From Burkholderiales bacterium (GTDB lineage: Bacteria > Pseudomonadota > Gammaproteobacteria > Burkholderiales > Burkholderiaceae_E), in NCBI GenBank assembly GCA_027489195.1, contig JAIYAG010000095.1, positions 1 to 43,954 on the forward strand: a stretch of DNA of 43,954 nt, written 5' to 3'. The translations under genes were made by a program, and so were the position numbers. Positions within the stretch are counted from its first letter, which is position 1, and each line of letters starts with the position of its first letter. Below are positions 42,401 through 43,954 of this stretch, piece after piece. The notes under the pieces were generated by a model. It had not been told where the DNA came from, ran no database searches, and saw only the letters and a list, made by a program, of their open reading frames with translations.

Positions 42401-42662
42401 TGCTGAAGCCCGCACCGGTGGCGCCCGCGCCGCGCAGGGCCTTCGTCGTCGGCGACGCCGCCGGGTCGGCCGCCGGATCCGCGGCCAGCACGTCGGCGAT
42501 CGACGTGCTCGATGCGGCGGTGGCCGCCTTGCCCTCGCCCGGCTCGACGACGTCGGCGCCGCAGCCGCCCAGCATCACGGCCCCGGCGAGCAGGAGGGGG
42601 CCGAGCGCGCGGCCCGCGAGACGGGTGCCTGTGGCGAGGGCGGAATCGGGCGGCAATGACAT
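39450..42662 (-). CDS. Large lipoprotein: YVTN/YncE-like beta-propeller repeats, di-haem cytochrome c peroxidase-like region and a C-terminal jelly-roll (DUF642/CBM-like) domain
   Basis: The lipoprotein signal is LLLAGAVMLGGC. Propeller repeats are present, e.g. DLTPDGKRLLVVNTAAGTLEVFDV and AYVSCAQSRTLLVFD. Two CxxCH haem motifs are CASCH (40989-41003) and CRSCH (40563-40577). The C-terminus reads NLLENGSFDE...WVELD...LDRVELY. Confidence 0.8.
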   Translation of the reverse strand: MSLPPDSALATGTRLAGRALGPLLLAGAVMLGGCGADVVEPGEGKAATAASSTSIADVLAADPAADPAASPTTKALRGAGATGAGFSNFESPHVHPMDLTPDGKRLLVVNTAAGTLEVFDVAAGRVARSTVVNVGLDPVTVRAASNTEAWVVNHLSDSISVVDLERGTVVSTVDTDDEPADVVFAGSPRRAYVSCAQSRTLLVFDPAATAAPLARLPILGQQPRALAASRDGRTVYLGIFESGNGTIALSAKNSGVEPNIVRHPAGPYGGVNPPPNARNATAFEPPLNPANDPPPPGTSLIVRRTAAGDWLDDNGRNWRAMVTGGPQAVGGNTRGRVQGWDLVDRDLAMIDTATRQVSYRGGMLNIVMALAVNPANGAVSMVGTDALNEIRYEPNLNGRFLRVQLGQVDARGGISTDDLNPHLDYTSARVPRAERERSIGDPRGIAWNAAGTRAYVTGMGSNNLVVIDAQGRRAGRAPTIEVGQGPTGVVLQESSQRAFVLNRFDASVSIVDLGSERVTGRFELSFDPTPPEVRAGRPLLYDTHRTSGTGHVSCASCHVDGKTDRLAWDLGNPAGEMVAATDVNGRTVSHHPMKGPLLTQTLVDTMQSALLHWRGDKPDLAHFAGAFRDLQGADAPATAAEMASMRTYLATLRTPPNPYRKLDNSYSNRVDIPGPRGATLRTGDAEAGAREFEQRCRSCHLGHTGRGAVFHSNRPQFSGEGIVLTAPRWQNFYKRDGLWFDDATGSSAGFGFQQDGTYDASHNRTRSNDMMAFMYSFNGSFPYVPFGLDAHTVAVDAHAAVGRQLTLRSGSTAPPLLADLRTLADRGAVGLVAHACVGGQRKGFAYVGNGTFWTDRAYETVSFDALRAQASADRPITYTAVRSGTERRIGMDQDVDGTHDSLRGRTADRACGNLLENGSFDENPLQPGTYAVLDGVRGWTGRFAVEVWRSLFGLRGANGDSWVELDVEGKPNKYDAISQTVTTRPGEPLELRFAYSPRPGVSAYSNAFVVRWNGREVASFSPEGAGLTAPRWQTFTLRVVGTGQDTLTFSESGENDGLGALLDRVELYRP

Positions 42663-42794
42663 CGGTGGCGTCCTGAGGCGCGAGAGGGCGCCGGCGATGA
42701 GGTCGAGCCCGGGATTCTCCGAAGGACGGGTCGATTTGGCCGTGACGGAGTGCAGCGAACCCAGGAGCGACCGCTCTGCGCGCCCGGCGCTTGT

Positions 42795-42824
42795 GATGTG
42801 TAGGAAACATCAATAAGATGTGTA
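42795..42824 (+). promoter_or_regulatory. Candidate vapBC promoter/operator
   Basis: The direct repeat GATGTGTA occurs at 42795-42802 and 42817-42824. An inverted repeat ACATC-N5-GATGT lies at 42807-42821. The site sits in an AT-rich tract 20-50 nt upstream of vapB, and the RBS GGAGGG is at 42835-42840. Confidence 0.4.
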
Positions 42825-42844
42825 TCAATCTGGCGGAGGGCCCC

Positions 42845-43039
42845 ATGCGGACCAACATCGTGATCGACGACAAGCTGATGGCGGCCACGCTGAAGGCGAC
42901 CGGACTCAAGACCAAGCGGGAGGCCGTGGAGCAGGGGCTGCGGACCCTGCTGCGGCTCAAGCAGCAGACCGAACTGCGCAAGCTTCGCGGCAAGTACGAA
43001 TGGGAGGGTGATCTGGACGCCATGAGGCGCGACCGGTGA
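42845..43039 (+). CDS. vapB: Type II antitoxin VapB (RHH-like, MRTNIVIDD class)
   Basis: MRTNIVIDDKLMAATLKATGLKTKREAVEQGLRTLLRL is a typical VapB/DUF2191-type antitoxin N-terminus. The stop overlaps the vapC start. Confidence 0.88.
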   Translation: MRTNIVIDDKLMAATLKATGLKTKREAVEQGLRTLLRLKQQTELRKLRGKYEWEGDLDAMRRDR

Positions 43040-43437
43040 TCCTCGTCGACTCCAGTGTCTGGATCGATTTCTTCCGCAACCAGCCCACGCCTCAAGCCGA
43101 CTGGCTGGACCGGAACCTCGGCGAGCAGAACCTGCTCGTCGGCGACCTGATCCTCGCGGAAGTCCTTCGCGGGTTCCGGGACGACAAGGGCTTCAACGAG
43201 GCGAAGCGGCTGCTCGGACGTCTCGAGCAGGTATCGCTGTGCGGGGAGGATCTCGCGGTCAGTGCCGCACGAAACTTCCGCAGGCTGCGGCGCCTCGGCA
43301 TCACCGTCCGCGGAACGGTCGATTCGATCATCGCGACGCGATGCATCGCCGACGGGTTGCGGCTGCTCCACAGCGATCGCGACTTCGATCCGTTCGTGAC
43401 GCACCTCGGTCTGGCGGTCGTGGACTGCGGGGCCTGA
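43036..43437 (+). CDS. vapC: Type II toxin VapC (PIN-domain ribonuclease)
   Basis: ILVDSSVWIDFF, LILAEVL, TVDSIIA and HSDRDFD supply the four conserved acidic PIN residues. The GTG start overlaps the vapB stop (GTGA). Confidence 0.9.
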   Translation: MILVDSSVWIDFFRNQPTPQADWLDRNLGEQNLLVGDLILAEVLRGFRDDKGFNEAKRLLGRLEQVSLCGEDLAVSAARNFRRLRRLGITVRGTVDSIIATRCIADGLRLLHSDRDFDPFVTHLGLAVVDCGA

Positions 43438-43494
43438 CGAGGCGCAACGCTTCCGGGCCCCACGCCTGTTAACCGCTTCGTTACCATAGGCGTC

Positions 43495-43954
43495 ATGCAC
43501 GCCAAGGCCGCCCCCCGTCCCCGCGCGAAGTCCGCGGTCCCGCAGACGCGCGACCCGACCGCCACGCGCGCCGGCATCCTGCGCGCCGCCACCGACGAGT
43601 TCACGCAGCACGGCCTGGGGGGCGCGCGGGTCGACCGCATCGCCGAGAAGGCGGGCATCAACAAGCGGATGCTGTACTACTACTTCGGCAACAAGGAGGA
43701 CCTGTTCCTCGCGGTGCTGGAGCAGTCGTACCGAGACATCCGCGACGCCGAGCAGGCGCTGAACCTGTCGGAGACGGACCCGGTCGAGGGGATCCGCAGC
43801 CTGGTGGCCTTCACCTGGAACTACTACCTCGAGCACCCGGAGTTCCTGCGCCTGCTCAACAGCGAGAACCTGCACCGCGCCGAGCACCTCAAGCGCAGCC
43901 ACGAGATCCGCGCGATGCACTCGCCGTTCGTCGCGATGATCGACGACCTGCTCG
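43495..43954 (+). CDS. TetR/AcrR family transcriptional regulator, N-terminal part (runs off the window)
   Basis: This gene is absent from the ORF track because no stop lies in the window. My own translation from the ATG at 43495 gives MHAKAAPRPRAKSAVPQTRDPTATRAGILRAATDEFTQHGLGGARVDRIAEKAGINKRMLYYYFGNKEDLFLAVLE, a canonical TetR HTH. Confidence 0.85.
   Translation, partial: MHAKAAPRPRAKSAVPQTRDPTATRAGILRAATDEFTQHGLGGARVDRIAEKAGINKRMLYYYFGNKEDLFLAVLEQSYRDIRDAEQALNLSETDPVEGIRSLVAFTWNYYLEHPEFLRLLNSENLHRAEHLKRSHEIRAMHSPFVAMIDDLL

Noticed and set aside
38850-43920. Two giant ORFs (38850..42659 plus strand, 1269 aa; 40777..43920 minus strand, 1047 aa) overlapping the lipoprotein gene.
   Set aside because: Both are alternative-frame or antisense readings of the lipoprotein gene. 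The second also runs antisense through vapBC and the TetR gene start. Both are Arg/Gly/Ala-rich with no motifs, whereas the chosen frame has a lipobox, propeller repeats and CxxCH motifs.
1-43954. A search for CRISPR arrays, tRNA/rRNA genes, IS elements, integrases and long direct or inverted repeats.
   Set aside because: I saw no repeat-spacer periodicity, no GGTTCGA-type T-arm motifs in intergenic DNA and no transposase- or integrase-like translations. The only repeats found are the short ones listed as features. A by-eye scan cannot exclude small or degenerate elements.

Overview
The window is 43,954 bp of very GC-rich, gene-dense bacterial chromosome. Sampled 60-nt lines are mostly above 70% G+C. 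A Bug/TctC-type periplasmic binding protein next to a family III CoA-transferase and a CitE-like lyase suggests a betaproteobacterium of the Burkholderiales type; this is an inference only. I support 37 protein-coding genes, the first and last cut by the window edges. Reading by eye, I found no rRNA, tRNA, CRISPR array, transposase or integrase.

Gene content from left to right:
- End of a Dpp/Opp/Gsi-type peptide ABC importer plus a gamma-glutamyltransferase-family gene.
- A lower-GC single-gene insertion encoding an orphan AAA+/wHTH ATPase.
- A DhlA-type haloalkane dehalogenase translationally coupled to a small membrane protein.
- A LysR regulator divergent from an AhpD-like gene and an EamA exporter.
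- A MarR / Bug / CoA-transferase / CoA-ester-lyase / SGNH-hydrolase cluster.
- A roughly 14-kb cyclic-nucleotide signalling hub (about 14.6-28.6 kb), described below.
- PhoX preceded by a Pho box.
- HxlR divergent from an HCCA-isomerase-like gene and an atypical SDR.
- A LOV blue-light hybrid histidine kinase.
- An operon of an orphan Anbu-like proteasome homologue, CorA and a SulP transporter.
- A 1070-aa beta-propeller / di-haem / jelly-roll lipoprotein.
- vapBC, then the start of a TetR regulator.

The most interesting region is the hub. A Wsp-like chemosensory operon (MCP, two CheW, CheA-REC hybrid) has no CheR or CheB. Its associated response regulator carries a class III nucleotidyl cyclase instead of a GGDEF domain. 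That cyclase has a Glu/Gly specificity pair, which suggests cGMP rather than cAMP.

This operon converges, stop codon to stop codon with 1 nt between, on a second operon. The second operon is FecR-like protein, CHASE2 cyclase (non-canonical Asp/Ala pair), then two SulP-STAS transporters that each end in a cyclic-nucleotide-binding domain. I read this as a candidate and, to my knowledge, uncharacterised circuit in which chemosensory and periplasmic inputs set a cNMP level that gates anion transport.

All calls come from reading the translated ORFs and the DNA by eye. No database search was run. Start codons are often uncertain in DNA this GC-rich.
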